DNA of 64,000 bases, from the NCBI GenBank assembly GCA_035503835.1, contig DATJSY010000009.1:3130-67129 (forward strand), given 5' to 3'. Position 1 is the first letter of the stretch, and the number at the start of each line of letters is the position of its first letter. Positions 48,205 to 57,518 of the stretch are shown one piece after another. The notes under the pieces are model-generated. The model was given only the letters and a program-made list of their open reading frames with translations. It made no database searches and was not told the DNA's origin. This DNA is from Acidobacteriaceae bacterium (lineage in GTDB: Bacteria; Acidobacteriota; Terriglobia; Terriglobales; Acidobacteriaceae). The position numbers and the translations under genes were made by a program.

Positions 48205-48666
48205 ATGCGCTGTCCTGTTCTTCCTGCGTTTCTTGCTGCTGCCGTTCTGCTCTCCTCTCCACTCGCCTGGGCCTTCCACTCGAACGACCGTCCGCCCGAC
48301 GCCAGTCAGCTGGCTCAACTCGAGGCGAAAGCAGCCGCGGCGACGCCCCGCGATCAGCCCTGGCTCTATGCCGAGCTGGTGCATTCCATGACGGACATCG
48401 CCACAGAGCAGCTTGCAGCCGGCCAGGATCAGCAGGCCTACGCTTCGCTGCGACAGGCTCAGGGCTATGCGGGGCGAATCCGCCTGAACCTGCTGCGCGA
48501 TGCCAGGCGGCTGCAGAAGGCCGAGATTCTCGTCCGCCACACGGCCTTTCGTCTCCACCAGTTATTGCTGGGGGCATCGCTCGGGGATCGGCCCACGCTG
48601 GAAGCGACCATTCGTCAGCTCAACCAGGTGCAGGCGGAGATGTTGAATCAGGTCCTGGAGCAGTAA
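48205..48666 (+). CDS. Hypothetical secreted helical protein
   Basis: I used the internal ATG at 48205, which gives the signal peptide MRCPVLPAFLAAAVLLSSPLAWA. I recognise no family. Confidence 0.5.
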   Translation: MRCPVLPAFLAAAVLLSSPLAWAFHSNDRPPDASQLAQLEAKAAAATPRDQPWLYAELVHSMTDIATEQLAAGQDQQAYASLRQAQGYAGRIRLNLLRDARRLQKAEILVRHTAFRLHQLLLGASLGDRPTLEATIRQLNQVQAEMLNQVLEQ

Positions 48667-48669
48667 TTC

Positions 48670-48700
48670 CTGCCGGGCGCAGCTCGCGGTCGCCCGGCAG
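48670..48700 (+). terminator. GC-rich hairpin 4 nt after the stop codon (no U-tract)
   Basis: CTGCCGGGCG / CGCCCGGCAG forms a 10-bp perfect stem with an 11-nt loop. Confidence 0.35.
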
Positions 48701-49445
48701 CGGACGAAAGTCCTCCCGGGGAGCGCACCGCTTTCGCTGCAAATTTTCTCCTTTTCCCCTGACAATCCACATAGTTTCAACAGAGCCTTTGCCCCGCGCG
48801 GGCAGTATTCATCGCCTTTTCACGGAACCGGTGCAAACATCCCCTCTTTCAGGCCCGCAGCTTCGCTTCTTTTTCCCTATTTACAGGGTGGGAGGGGCTT
48901 CGTACTCTGGCGTGGCGTTTCCATGCAGCGTGTCGTACGCGGTCACGCTGAACTTTCAGATTGCGGAGGGAATTTGTCCCGCGATCGCCCCAGGCCGGAC
49001 TGGCCTGAAGGGCGGATTCCGGCGCAGATTCGCCGCTTTCCGAAGCGGTCTACCGCCGATGCGGCACGCGGCATGGGAACACACTTTCGCCTTTTGCTGA
49101 ATAACTGAATTTGGAACGGAACGTAGCCGCTGCGCGGCGCCCCCGGCCGTCCCCTTTTTCGGGAACCGCGGCCCCGGGTTCCACGCGTCATCGCGTTCCA
49201 TTCCTCCGCATCCCGCGCCCTGGCGGGCATTGCACGCGCACGCTGGGTGTTGCTGCGTGCCGGCAACCGCCTGGGGCACGGGATGCGGGCCACTGGAATT
49301 CGTCGGCAGGCGCACGCCGTGCGTTCTGGCATATTGCCCATGGTCCATCCCCCTGGGTGTGCCCTGCCGCCGCACCCCGCCTCGCGCGGGCTGAGCCTTT
49401 CTGTTGCCGCATTCCGGCGCTGCGAGGCTCGTGCCGGGAGAACCG

Positions 49446-49898
49446 ATGAGACCGAAGAAGACCATCCTCTGCGTCGATGATAACGATCAGGTGCTTGCCG
49501 TTCGCAAATTCCTCCTGGAAACCCGCGGCTATCGTGTGGTGTCCGCCCATTCCGCGGAGGAAGCCATCGAGCGCTTCCGCGAGGGAGGCATCGACCTGGT
49601 GCTGGGCGACGTGCTGATGCCGCAGATGGACGGCAATGAGATGGTGCGGCGCATGAAGGACATCGCCCCGGAGATCCCCATGATCCTGATCAGCGGAACG
49701 GTGAAAGCCTTCGAGCGCGCCAACCGCGCCGACGCCTTTCTGCCCAAAGGCGCTTCTACGCCCATCGAGATGCTGGAGCGCATCCGGGTGATGATCGCGC
49801 GCAAGCGTGGCCCGCGCAAGGTGATCCGCCCGGTCTTTGCGCCGGCGGACACCGTCGGCGCAGGCTACGAGGCGGCCTCGCATCCAGTCGCTTCCTGA
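49446..49898 (+). CDS. Stand-alone response-regulator receiver (CheY-like) protein
   Basis: I used the internal ATG at 49446. KKTILCVDDNDQVLAVRKFLLETRGYRVV...IDLVLGDVLMPQMDGNEMV...PMILISGT..K. There is no output domain and no kinase gene nearby. Confidence 0.8.
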   Translation: MRPKKTILCVDDNDQVLAVRKFLLETRGYRVVSAHSAEEAIERFREGGIDLVLGDVLMPQMDGNEMVRRMKDIAPEIPMILISGTVKAFERANRADAFLPKGASTPIEMLERIRVMIARKRGPRKVIRPVFAPADTVGAGYEAASHPVAS

Positions 49899-50014
49899 TC
49901 TCCGGCGGGCCAGGCACAGTCCCTGGGCGCACTCTGCGCTCCCAACTTCCCCGCTGCCAATGCCTACCGGCTGCTGACCGCTGACCGCTGACTACTCCAT
50001 TTACAATCGCTTTC

Positions 50015-50728
50015 GTGGAACCGATGATTTGCGCCGAGCACCTCGGCAAGGTCTACCGCTCTGGCAAGCTCGACGTGCCGGCCCTCCGCGACGCCACCTT
50101 CTCGGTGGATCCCGGCGAGTTCGTCAGCATCGTGGGACCCTCCGGCAGCGGCAAATCGACACTCTTTTATCTGCTCGGCGGCCTCACCCGCGCCACCTCC
50201 GGCCGCGTCTTCATCGGCGGCGTCGATTTTTCCGCGCTGGGCGATGCCGAGCGGACAAAGATGCGGCGCGCGCGCATCGGCTTTATCTTTCAGAAATTCA
50301 ATTTGCTGCCCACGCTCTCCGCCCGCGCCAACATCGAAATCGCCCACGAGATTGCGGATTCCGGCAAGCCGCCCGACCGCGGTTTTCTGAACCGGCTGAC
50401 GGAGATGCTCAGCATTGACACGCGCCTCCACCACCGTCCCTCCGAGCTTTCCGGTGGCGAGCAGCAGCGGGTGGCTATCGCCCGCGCGCTCGTCACCAAG
50501 CCCGCCATCGTGCTCGCCGACGAGCCCACCGGCAACCTCGATACGGAGAACTCCGATGCCGTCCTGCAGATGCTCCGCCGCTCCAATCTGGAGCTGAAGC
50601 AGACGGTTCTGATGATCACGCACAATCCCGAAGCCGCGGCCATTGCGGACCGCATCATCCACATGCGCGACGGCAGAATTCGCGGCATCGAGCCGGGCCA
50701 GGGCCACATCGGAACGCATAGCTGGTAG
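50015..50728 (+). CDS. ABC transporter ATP-binding protein (MacB/LolD/FtsE-like), with no adjacent permease
   Basis: GPSGSGKST (Walker A), LSGGEQQRVAIARAL (signature) and VLADEPTGNLD (Walker B). The start may be GTG 50015 or ATG 50024. Confidence 0.9.
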   Translation: MEPMICAEHLGKVYRSGKLDVPALRDATFSVDPGEFVSIVGPSGSGKSTLFYLLGGLTRATSGRVFIGGVDFSALGDAERTKMRRARIGFIFQKFNLLPTLSARANIEIAHEIADSGKPPDRGFLNRLTEMLSIDTRLHHRPSELSGGEQQRVAIARALVTKPAIVLADEPTGNLDTENSDAVLQMLRRSNLELKQTVLMITHNPEAAAIADRIIHMRDGRIRGIEPGQGHIGTHSW

Positions 50729-50798
50729 GACCATTCAGGGCTTTTCCCGGCGGGATTTCCGATGATCCCGCAAAATATCAGCACGCTCACAAAATTCA

Positions 50799-50826
50799 TT
50801 GCGTGCACGTCATATCGGGTTAGACT
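50799..50826 (+). promoter_or_regulatory. Sigma70-like promoter candidate for murQ (TTGCGT-16 nt-TAGACT)
   Basis: It lies in the AT-richer 130-bp intergenic region, about 32 nt upstream of the murQ ATG. Confidence 0.3.
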
Positions 50827-50858
50827 TATTAAGGGACTCCCCGCTTTAAATCGGAAAA

Positions 50859-51836
50859 ATGGCCACCACACTGCATACGCAAGCTGAAGGTTCCGCGTCG
50901 ACGAACGGATCGAACGGCTCGGGCGCAGGCAGTATCAATGATCTCCTGACAGAAAAGCTCAACGAAGCCACGCGCGGGCTCGACACCCGCTCCGCGGTGG
51001 AAATTGCCCGCATCATCAACCAGGAAGATCAGAAGGTTGCCGGGGCCGTCAGGAAGGCCATTCCGGAGATCGCCCAGGTCATCGACATGGTGGCGCACGC
51101 GCTGCGCGAGGGCGGCCGGCTCATTTACGTCGGCGCCGGTTCCAGCGGCCGGCTCGCCGCGCTGGATGCCTGCGAGCTGCCCGCCTATTTCTCCACCAGC
51201 CCGCAGACGGTGCAGTACATCATGGCCGGCGGACCCAAGGCTCTCGCATCGCCCGTCGAGGTCAATGAGGATTCCGAAGATCTGGGCAAGCGCGACATCG
51301 CGCGCCGCCGTCCCAGCCGCCGCGATGTCATCATCGGGCTTTCCGCCAGCGGGCGCACTCCCTATGTGGTGGCCGCGCTGACCTACGCCCGCGGCCTCGG
51401 CGCCAAAACCGCCTGCATCACCTGCAATCCCGGCTCGCCGCTGGCGCTGGCCGTGGAAACCGCCATCGTGGCCGAGGTGGGCCCTGAGGTCATCTCCGGC
51501 TCCACGCGCATGAAGGCCGCCACCGCCCAGAAGATGATCACCAACATGATCACCACCGGCGCCATGACCCGCCTGGGCTATGTGTACGAGAACCTGATGG
51601 TGAACGTGCACATGCACAACTCCAAGCTGATCGAGCGGGGCATCGGGATTCTGATGCGCGCCTGCGAAGTCGGCCGCGACCAGGCCGTCGAGGTCATCAA
51701 GTCGGCCGGGCGCAGCGTGCCCGTAGCGCTGGTGATGCTGAAGGCCAGGGTGGACAAGCCGGAAGCCGTCCGCCGCCTCGCCCGCGCCGAAGGCAACGTC
51801 CGCCGCGCGATTGAAGACTCCGTGATGGACGTGTAG
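50859..51836 (+). CDS. murQ: N-acetylmuramic acid 6-phosphate etherase
   Basis: LLTEKLNEATRGLD...IINQEDQKVAGAV...GGRLIYVGAGSSGRLAALDA.E..P.F...SASGRTPYV...GSTRMKA is the SIS-type MurQ layout. Confidence 0.9.
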   Translation: MATTLHTQAEGSASTNGSNGSGAGSINDLLTEKLNEATRGLDTRSAVEIARIINQEDQKVAGAVRKAIPEIAQVIDMVAHALREGGRLIYVGAGSSGRLAALDACELPAYFSTSPQTVQYIMAGGPKALASPVEVNEDSEDLGKRDIARRRPSRRDVIIGLSASGRTPYVVAALTYARGLGAKTACITCNPGSPLALAVETAIVAEVGPEVISGSTRMKAATAQKMITNMITTGAMTRLGYVYENLMVNVHMHNSKLIERGIGILMRACEVGRDQAVEVIKSAGRSVPVALVMLKARVDKPEAVRRLARAEGNVRRAIEDSVMDV

Positions 51837-51848
51837 GCGGTCGCCTTT

Positions 51849-52678
51849 TCAGTAGATTCGAAAGTTCAGTTCAAGATTGATCCGCACAGGAACCGGTTTT
51901 CCGTTGAACTGCGCGGGGCTGAAGCGGAAATTCCTTGCAGCTTCCACCGCCTGCTCGTCAAGTCCCATGCCCAGCGGTCTGACGATATAAACATCCTCGG
52001 CTGTCCCGAGGTGTCCACAATCAGCCCGACTATTTCGATTCCCTGGTAATGCGCTTTCTTCGCTGCCTGGGTAAACAGCGGGTCGGCAGAGTGGAGGATG
52101 GTCGGCGGCTCCAATTTCGCCGCGCCTGACGGCATCTCCGGACTGCCCAGCCGTGACACTCCCGGAACAGATGGCGGTTCCAGTTTCGTTGTCTGATCCA
52201 GTTCGTGCCGCAGCCAGGGCCGCCAGTAATCCGGGACTTCGTCGACCAGCGCCTCGTTGAATCCGACCGAGAACACTTTGCGGAGGACGGCGTTCAGCAC
52301 CTCGGGATGCTGAGGTTCCCTGGCAATGTCGACCTCCACCGTATTATGCCGCTCCCAGGGTTTGGCGCTGATACCGGCCGCCCTCCCGTAAGAAAATATG
52401 AGGCCCTCCCGCATCGCATCAATCTCCACGTTGGAGTCCGTCACCTTCACGCGGTTCACGCGCAGCGCGCTGAGCGAAAACGGCAGCACATCCGCCGTGC
52501 CTATGAGATTTCCCTGAGTGTCAAACGCCAGCTTGCACCCGTCGTACATCCCGCGGAGCATCAGGAATGGCCCCTTGAGCTGCGCCTCAACGCTTTGTGC
52601 CGTGGGTGCGGTTTGCGCGGCGCAGGCGAAAGCGCCCACGCAGCAGGCAGCGGCAACACCCGGGAATCGAATTCTCAT
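51849..52678 (-). pseudogene. Secreted TonB C-terminal-domain protein with a 1-nt frameshift near 51998
   Basis: Frame A (track ORF 51866-52678) reads ..PTILHSADPLFTQAAKKAHYQGIEIVGLIVDTSGQP and then becomes non-homologous. From 51998 the adjacent frame reads EDVYIVRPLGMGLDEQAVEAARNFRFSPAQFNGKPVPVRINLELNFRIY*, a canonical TonB_C end, with its stop at 51849-51851. Confidence 0.7.
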
Positions 52679-52794
52679 TGTTATCTAATCTGGCATCGAC
52701 AATCAGCGCAGGCAACAACAATCGTCGCATCCGCGCCCACGATCCAGCACCGTAAACCGCGCTGCCCCCGCTATACTCGTTCCAGGTCCCTGCC

Positions 52795-53031
52795 ATGGTT
52801 GCCTCGCTGCGCTTCATCTGGAACGCGACCAGCGGTCATCGCCTGCGCCCCTGGCGCAGCGAATATGTGAAATGGCGCATCGAGACCTACTCCGGCCTGA
52901 AGGCCGATGAGCTGAAGACTCGCGACGTTCTTGCTTTTGTCTGGCGCGAGAAGGGCAATCTGCTCCGTTTCCTGCACTGGACGGACAAGATGGCTTCCTG
53001 GACGAGCCGACAGACGGGAGACTCGGGCTGA
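52795..53031 (+). CDS. Small Trp-rich hypothetical protein (78 aa)
   Basis: Third-position GC is high throughout. The product contains six Trp (..RPWRSEYVKWRIETYSG..FVWREKGNLLRFLHWTDKMASW..). The gene ends 8 nt before the VWA gene. I recognise no family. Confidence 0.55.
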   Translation: MVASLRFIWNATSGHRLRPWRSEYVKWRIETYSGLKADELKTRDVLAFVWREKGNLLRFLHWTDKMASWTSRQTGDSG

Positions 53032-53039
53032 CCCGCGCC

Positions 53040-54125
53040 ATGCGCCTTCTTGCTCTCGCGCTGGTGCTCGCGGCGTTCCCGATCGCGCACGCCCGGCAGC
53101 AACCGTTTCCTGGCGAGCCGGTGCAGATGCCGCCAAAGCAGGCGCAGCCGGCCGCGCACGCGCTCCCCGAGCCGACGGATGCCAATCTGAATCCGCCCAC
53201 CTTTCGCGTGAGCACCAGCCTCGTGGTGGTGCCGACGCTCGTCGAAAAGCCCAACGGGCAAATCGTCTGCGGCCTCAGCTCCGGCGACTTCGCTCTCTAC
53301 GACGATGGAGTGCAGCAGAAGATCCACGTCGACGACGATCTGGACATTCAGCCGGTTTCGCTGGTGGTCTGCGTGGAGCGCGGCCGGGATGCGCCGCTGG
53401 AGTTCAACATCATCCGCCATCTGGGGCCGCTGCTCGATCTGTTTGCCGGCGGCAGCCGCGGCAATGTCGCGCTGGTGGCCTTCGACTCGCGGCCCGTGTG
53501 GGTGGATCCCTTCACCGCCAATACGGACCTGATCGCGCACGATCTGGCCAATCTGCCGGCCGGCGACGGCGGCGCGGCCATTCTGGACGCGGTGGGCTAC
53601 TCCGTGAATCTGCTGGAGCAGCAGCCCCCGAATCGGCGGCGCATTCTGCTCCTCGTCAGCGAATCGCGCGACCACGGCAGCCATCACTTCGACATTCCGC
53701 ATCTGGTTGAGCGCATCGGCACCAGCAACACGCTGGTGCTCAGCCTCGTTTTCGCTCCGTCCAAATCCGAGATCATCAATTGGGCGCGCGGCAACCTGGG
53801 CGACGGTCCGGAGCTTACCCTGATGGCACCGCTGCTGATGACCGTCAATGCCATGCGCCGCAACACGCCCAAAACTCTGGCCGAGCTGAGCGGCGGCGAA
53901 TACGCGCCCTTTACGCGCGAGAAAGCCTTCGAGAGGCGCGTGGCGCAGGAAGCCAACCACGCCCGCAACCGCTGCATTCTCAGCTTTCATCCCACGGACC
54001 TGACGCCCGGCCTGCACGCCATTCAGGTCAAGCTCACGCGGAATTACGGCGCGCGCGTGATCGCCCGCAACAGCTACTGGGTGATCCGTCGCGACGACGC
54101 CCCGGGTGCGCCGCTGCAGCCGTGA
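53040..54125 (+). CDS. Secreted VWA-domain protein of the 'VWFA-related acidobacterial' type
   Basis: The signal peptide is MRLLALALVLAAFPIAHA. FRVSTSLVVVPTLVEKPNGQIVCGLSSGDFALYDDGVQQKI is the typical family N-terminus. It is followed by a VWA-like core (LVVCVERG...VALVAFDSR...RRILLLVSESRDHGS). Confidence 0.75.
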   Translation: MRLLALALVLAAFPIAHARQQPFPGEPVQMPPKQAQPAAHALPEPTDANLNPPTFRVSTSLVVVPTLVEKPNGQIVCGLSSGDFALYDDGVQQKIHVDDDLDIQPVSLVVCVERGRDAPLEFNIIRHLGPLLDLFAGGSRGNVALVAFDSRPVWVDPFTANTDLIAHDLANLPAGDGGAAILDAVGYSVNLLEQQPPNRRRILLLVSESRDHGSHHFDIPHLVERIGTSNTLVLSLVFAPSKSEIINWARGNLGDGPELTLMAPLLMTVNAMRRNTPKTLAELSGGEYAPFTREKAFERRVAQEANHARNRCILSFHPTDLTPGLHAIQVKLTRNYGARVIARNSYWVIRRDDAPGAPLQP

Positions 54126-54200
54126 GCGCACGCCGGCTGGCTCCGGGCTTGCGGGTCCTCGCATCTGAAACGCGGTAGATTCAGATCTCAGGAGGATTAC

Positions 54201-54878
54201 ATGGGCGAGCATGTGAAGCTGCAGGCTTTTGACGAGCACGAATTCGATGCGTACGTCGCGCGTCCCGCGGGAGAGCCGATCGCCGGCCTGGTGGTCGTGC
54301 AGGAAGCTTTCGGTGTCAATCGCCATATCCGTTCGGTGGCCGACGGCTTTGCAAAGGACGGCTTTTTCGCCGTCGCGCCCGCGCTCTATGACCGCGTCGA
54401 GCGTGGCGTGGAACTGGGCTACGCCGGGGAAGACATGCAGAAGGGGATCACGATCGCCCGCCAGATCGATCCTGCCACGGCCCTGCTGGACGTGAGCGCC
54501 GCGCTGGATTACGCGCGCCGCGAGACGGAGAAAAAAGTCGGGGTGATCGGCTACTGCCTCGGCGGATCGATGGCCTGGACGGCAGCCACGCGGCTGCATC
54601 CTGACGCCGCGGTAGGCTACTACGGCGGCTACATCGCGAAGTACGCCGAGGAACAGCCGAAGGCGCCGGTCATGCTGCACTTCGGGCTCCGGGATCAGCA
54701 CATTCCCAAGGCCGAGATCGACGAGAAGATTGCCGCGGCGCATCCGGACGTCCCGATCTTCTGGTACGACGCCGGCCATGGCTTCAACTGCGACGACCGC
54801 GCCAGCTATAACCCCGAAGCCGCAAAGCTGGCTCGCCAGCGTTCGCTGGAATTCCTGAAAAAACATCTGACCGCGTGA
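54201..54878 (+). CDS. Dienelactone hydrolase (carboxymethylenebutenolidase-like)
   Basis: AGGAGG lies 5 nt upstream of the ATG. GLVVVQEAFGVNRHIRSVADGFAKDGF...GYCLGGSMA...DAGHGF. Confidence 0.88.
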   Translation: MGEHVKLQAFDEHEFDAYVARPAGEPIAGLVVVQEAFGVNRHIRSVADGFAKDGFFAVAPALYDRVERGVELGYAGEDMQKGITIARQIDPATALLDVSAALDYARRETEKKVGVIGYCLGGSMAWTAATRLHPDAAVGYYGGYIAKYAEEQPKAPVMLHFGLRDQHIPKAEIDEKIAAAHPDVPIFWYDAGHGFNCDDRASYNPEAAKLARQRSLEFLKKHLTA

Positions 54879-54971
54879 TGTTCGACGTCGGTCGCTCCCG
54901 AGCCAGGGCCTTGTAACACAGCCCTGCTTCGCGAGACTGGCTTTCCCTTTTTCACGCTACGCTTTTTAAGC

Positions 54972-56336
54972 ATGCCCGGCCCACAACCCACCTCCGGCGA
55001 ATCTTCCGCGCCGCGCGGTTTTTCCCACGCGTGGCGCGCCCTGCGTCATCGCAATTTCCGCCTCTTCTTTGGCGGCCAGACCATCTCCCTGGTCGGCACT
55101 TGGATGACGCGCATCGCAACCGCGTGGCTGGTTTACCGGCTCACACACTCCGCGCTGCTGCTGGGCACAGTCAGCTTCGCCGGACAAATTCCCACCTTCC
55201 TGCTCGCGCCTTTTGCCGGCGTTCTGGTCGACCGCTCCAATCGCCGGCATCTTCTGGTCTGGACGCAGTCGCTGGCCATGATCCAGTCGCTGCTGCTGGC
55301 GTGGCTGGCGCTGGCGCGCATCATCACCATCCCCGAGATCCTGGCGCTCAGCGCGTTTCAGGGCGTCATCAACGCCTTCGACATGCCTGGCCGCCAGGCA
55401 TTCATGGTGCAGATGGTCACGCCCCAGCGAGCCAGCTCGCCGGGAGGCGGGTCGGAAGACCGCAGCGATCTCTCCAACGCCATCGCCATCAACTCTTCGA
55501 TGGTGAATGTGGCGCGGCTGGTCGGCCCTTCGATCGCCGGGATCATCATCGCCGCCAGCAGCGAGGGCTGGTGCTTCCTCATCGATGGCCTCAGCTACGT
55601 CGCCGTGATTATTTCGCTGCTCATGATGCACGTCGACGCGAGGGCCGTGCGCCGTCACGCGGCTTCCATGTTCGATCAGCTTCGCGAGGGGTGGGCCTAC
55701 GTCTCCACCTTCACTCCCATTCGCACCATTCTCACGCTGTTCGCGCTCATCAGCCTGATGGGCATGCCGTACATGGTGCTGATGCCGATCTTCGCCGGCA
55801 AGGTCCTGCACGGCGGCCCGCACACCCTGGGCTTCCTGATGGGTGCAGCTGGCGCGGGCGCGCTCATCTCCGCGTTTACTCTGGTGCTGCGCCGTTCGGT
55901 CCGCGGTCTCGTCAAGATGATCCCCATTGCCGCGGTGATGTTCGGCCTGAGCCTGGTGCTTTTCGGATTCTCGCGCTGGATCTGGACCTCGCTCGTCCTG
56001 ATGCTCTTTGCCGGATTCGGCATGCTGCAGGGGCTGACCGTCAGCAACACCATCATCCAGACGCTGGTTCCCGAGGACAAGCGCGGCCGCGTGATGAGCT
56101 ACTACACCGCGTCCTTCACCGGCATGGCGCCCTTCGGCAGTCTGCTGGCCGGCACGCTGGCGGCGTGGGTCGGCGCCCCGCGCACCGTCATGTTCACCGG
56201 ATCCTGCTGCATCCTCGGCGGCCTGTGGTTCTGGTCGCGCATGCCCGCCGTCCGCCGCGACATGCGTCCCGTCTACGAGCAGCTCGGCATCATTGCTCCG
56301 GTGCCGGAAGAAGTGGAAGAGACGGGCTCGAATTAG
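54972..56336 (+). CDS. MFS transporter (EntS/MFS_3-like)
   Basis: It has about 12 hydrophobic segments. NFRLFFGGQTISLVGTWM...PFAGVLVDRSNRR is the typical family N-terminus. Confidence 0.85.
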   Translation: MPGPQPTSGESSAPRGFSHAWRALRHRNFRLFFGGQTISLVGTWMTRIATAWLVYRLTHSALLLGTVSFAGQIPTFLLAPFAGVLVDRSNRRHLLVWTQSLAMIQSLLLAWLALARIITIPEILALSAFQGVINAFDMPGRQAFMVQMVTPQRASSPGGGSEDRSDLSNAIAINSSMVNVARLVGPSIAGIIIAASSEGWCFLIDGLSYVAVIISLLMMHVDARAVRRHAASMFDQLREGWAYVSTFTPIRTILTLFALISLMGMPYMVLMPIFAGKVLHGGPHTLGFLMGAAGAGALISAFTLVLRRSVRGLVKMIPIAAVMFGLSLVLFGFSRWIWTSLVLMLFAGFGMLQGLTVSNTIIQTLVPEDKRGRVMSYYTASFTGMAPFGSLLAGTLAAWVGAPRTVMFTGSCCILGGLWFWSRMPAVRRDMRPVYEQLGIIAPVPEEVEETGSN

Positions 56337-56357
56337 ATCGGAGCGGCTGCGGGCAGG

Positions 56358-56388
56358 AAAAAATCCCCGGCCGCGATCGGCCGGGGAT
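56358..56388 (-). terminator. Intrinsic terminator (11-bp GC stem plus U-tract on the minus strand). It also sits 27 nt after the MFS stop on the plus strand.
   Basis: ATCCCCGGCCG-CGAT-CGGCCGGGGAT is preceded on the plus strand by a run of six A (the last pairing into the stem base), which reads as a U-tract after the hairpin on the minus strand. It lies between the convergent MFS and marR genes. Confidence 0.6.
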
Positions 56389-56579
56389 CAGGAGGTCTTC
56401 GAACTTTCACTCACAGAGTAGAAGTCCGGCGCACCGCTGTCTTCGCGCCAAAGATCGCATTTTCCCTCCACCTTTCGATCGAGCCGCCCCGCGCACACCA
56501 CACTCGGGCCGCGCGAGCTTGCACGCGTCTTCGCCAATCCTCGTGCGGCGCGGGATCCTGCCCCCCGCCGACAGCTGCC

Positions 56580-57131
56580 TCAGGCCGATACTTCGCGGCG
56601 CGCGGCAGGGCGGGTGCGGACGTTCTCGGCACTGTGGCTGTTGCCGTTCTGCTGGGGCGTCAGCAGCACGCGCCGCAGCGCCCGGATCAGCTCCGGCCCC
56701 GTCTCTTCCAGCTCCCGCAGGTGCCAGGCCGCCAGCGAGGCCAACAGCTTCTCACCGAGAGGTGTCATGCGCAGCAGGATGCGCCTGTGATCGGTGGGGT
56801 CCGGGCAGCGCCGCAGCAGTCCCTGCTCAATGGTGCGGTCCACCAGTTCCACCGCGCTGTTATGCTTCAGCAGCATGCGCGCGGCGACGTTAGCGATGGT
56901 TGGATCCAGCTCCTCCGGCATGCCCCAGATGCACTGCAGCAACTGATACTGCTGCGCCCGCACCCCGGCGGCGTCGGCCGTCAGGCTGCTGAAGTGCAGA
57001 AATTTCCGCAACTGAAAGCGGAACTCCGCCAGCCTGCGCATTTGCGCGCGGGTGAGCGGGATCGGTTCGCTGGATGGGGAACGGCCGTAGGAGGCGACGG
57101 GATGGATTCCGCGGTTCTCGGCTTGCATCAT
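56580..57131 (-). CDS. MarR-family transcriptional regulator
   Basis: ..QYQLLQCIWGMPE..TIANVAARMLLKHNSAVELVDRTIEQGLLRRCPDPTDHRRILLRMTPLGEKLL is a winged-helix MarR core. Confidence 0.8.
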   Translation of the reverse strand: MMQAENRGIHPVASYGRSPSSEPIPLTRAQMRRLAEFRFQLRKFLHFSSLTADAAGVRAQQYQLLQCIWGMPEELDPTIANVAARMLLKHNSAVELVDRTIEQGLLRRCPDPTDHRRILLRMTPLGEKLLASLAAWHLRELEETGPELIRALRRVLLTPQQNGNSHSAENVRTRPAARREVSA

Positions 57132-57158
57132 GCCAACATCGTAGCACGATATATCGTG

Positions 57159-57395
57159 CTACGATGCTTGAACGTCTTCCGGCTGCCCCTCGGTGCCCGG
57201 ATCGGCCAGGATCGCCCGGGCGTCTTCCGCGTCCTCCTGGCTGACCTGCAGCTGCAGCGGCCCCAGCCCCGGCTCCATGATGCGCGCATTCTCTCCGGAC
57301 AGGAAAACCTCGATTCCCGCCGATTCCAGGCGCAGCTTCGCCATTTCCGCTTCCAGCGGCTCAACAAAGTTCGCAATTGTCACCACGTCTGCCAT
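57159..57395 (-). CDS. DUF2007-like small protein (putative signal-transducing fold)
   Basis: VTIANFVEPLEAEMAKLRLESAGIEVFL.GEN......G....LQVSQEDAEDARAIL is the DUF2007 pattern. Confidence 0.6.
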   Translation of the reverse strand: MADVVTIANFVEPLEAEMAKLRLESAGIEVFLSGENARIMEPGLGPLQLQVSQEDAEDARAILADPGTEGQPEDVQAS

Positions 57396-57518
57396 AAATC
57401 CCCCCGGGCTCGTTTCTCCTGTCGCAGAGTACCACTCTGCACTTCAGTGCGCCGCGCCGCCTCCCCGGCGGTTTCTGAAGCCGCTGTAGAATAAGGAGTT
57501 CTCCGGAGGATTTCCGCT

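Noticed and set aside
49324-49340. A sigma54-like element, CTGGCATATTGCCCA, upstream of the response regulator.
   Set aside because: The GG and GC dinucleotides are about 4 nt too close compared with the TGGCAC-N5-TTGC consensus.
49973-49993. A tandem heptamer repeat, (GCTGACC)x3, upstream of the ABC ATPase gene.
   Set aside because: It has only three short units, no flanking structure and no other copies noticed. It is probably a chance microsatellite.
51990-52005. Programmed -1 ribosomal frameshift in the TonB-C gene.
   Set aside because: There is no slippery X-XXY-YYZ heptamer at the junction and no obvious downstream pseudoknot. A 1-nt deletion or sequencing error is more parsimonious.
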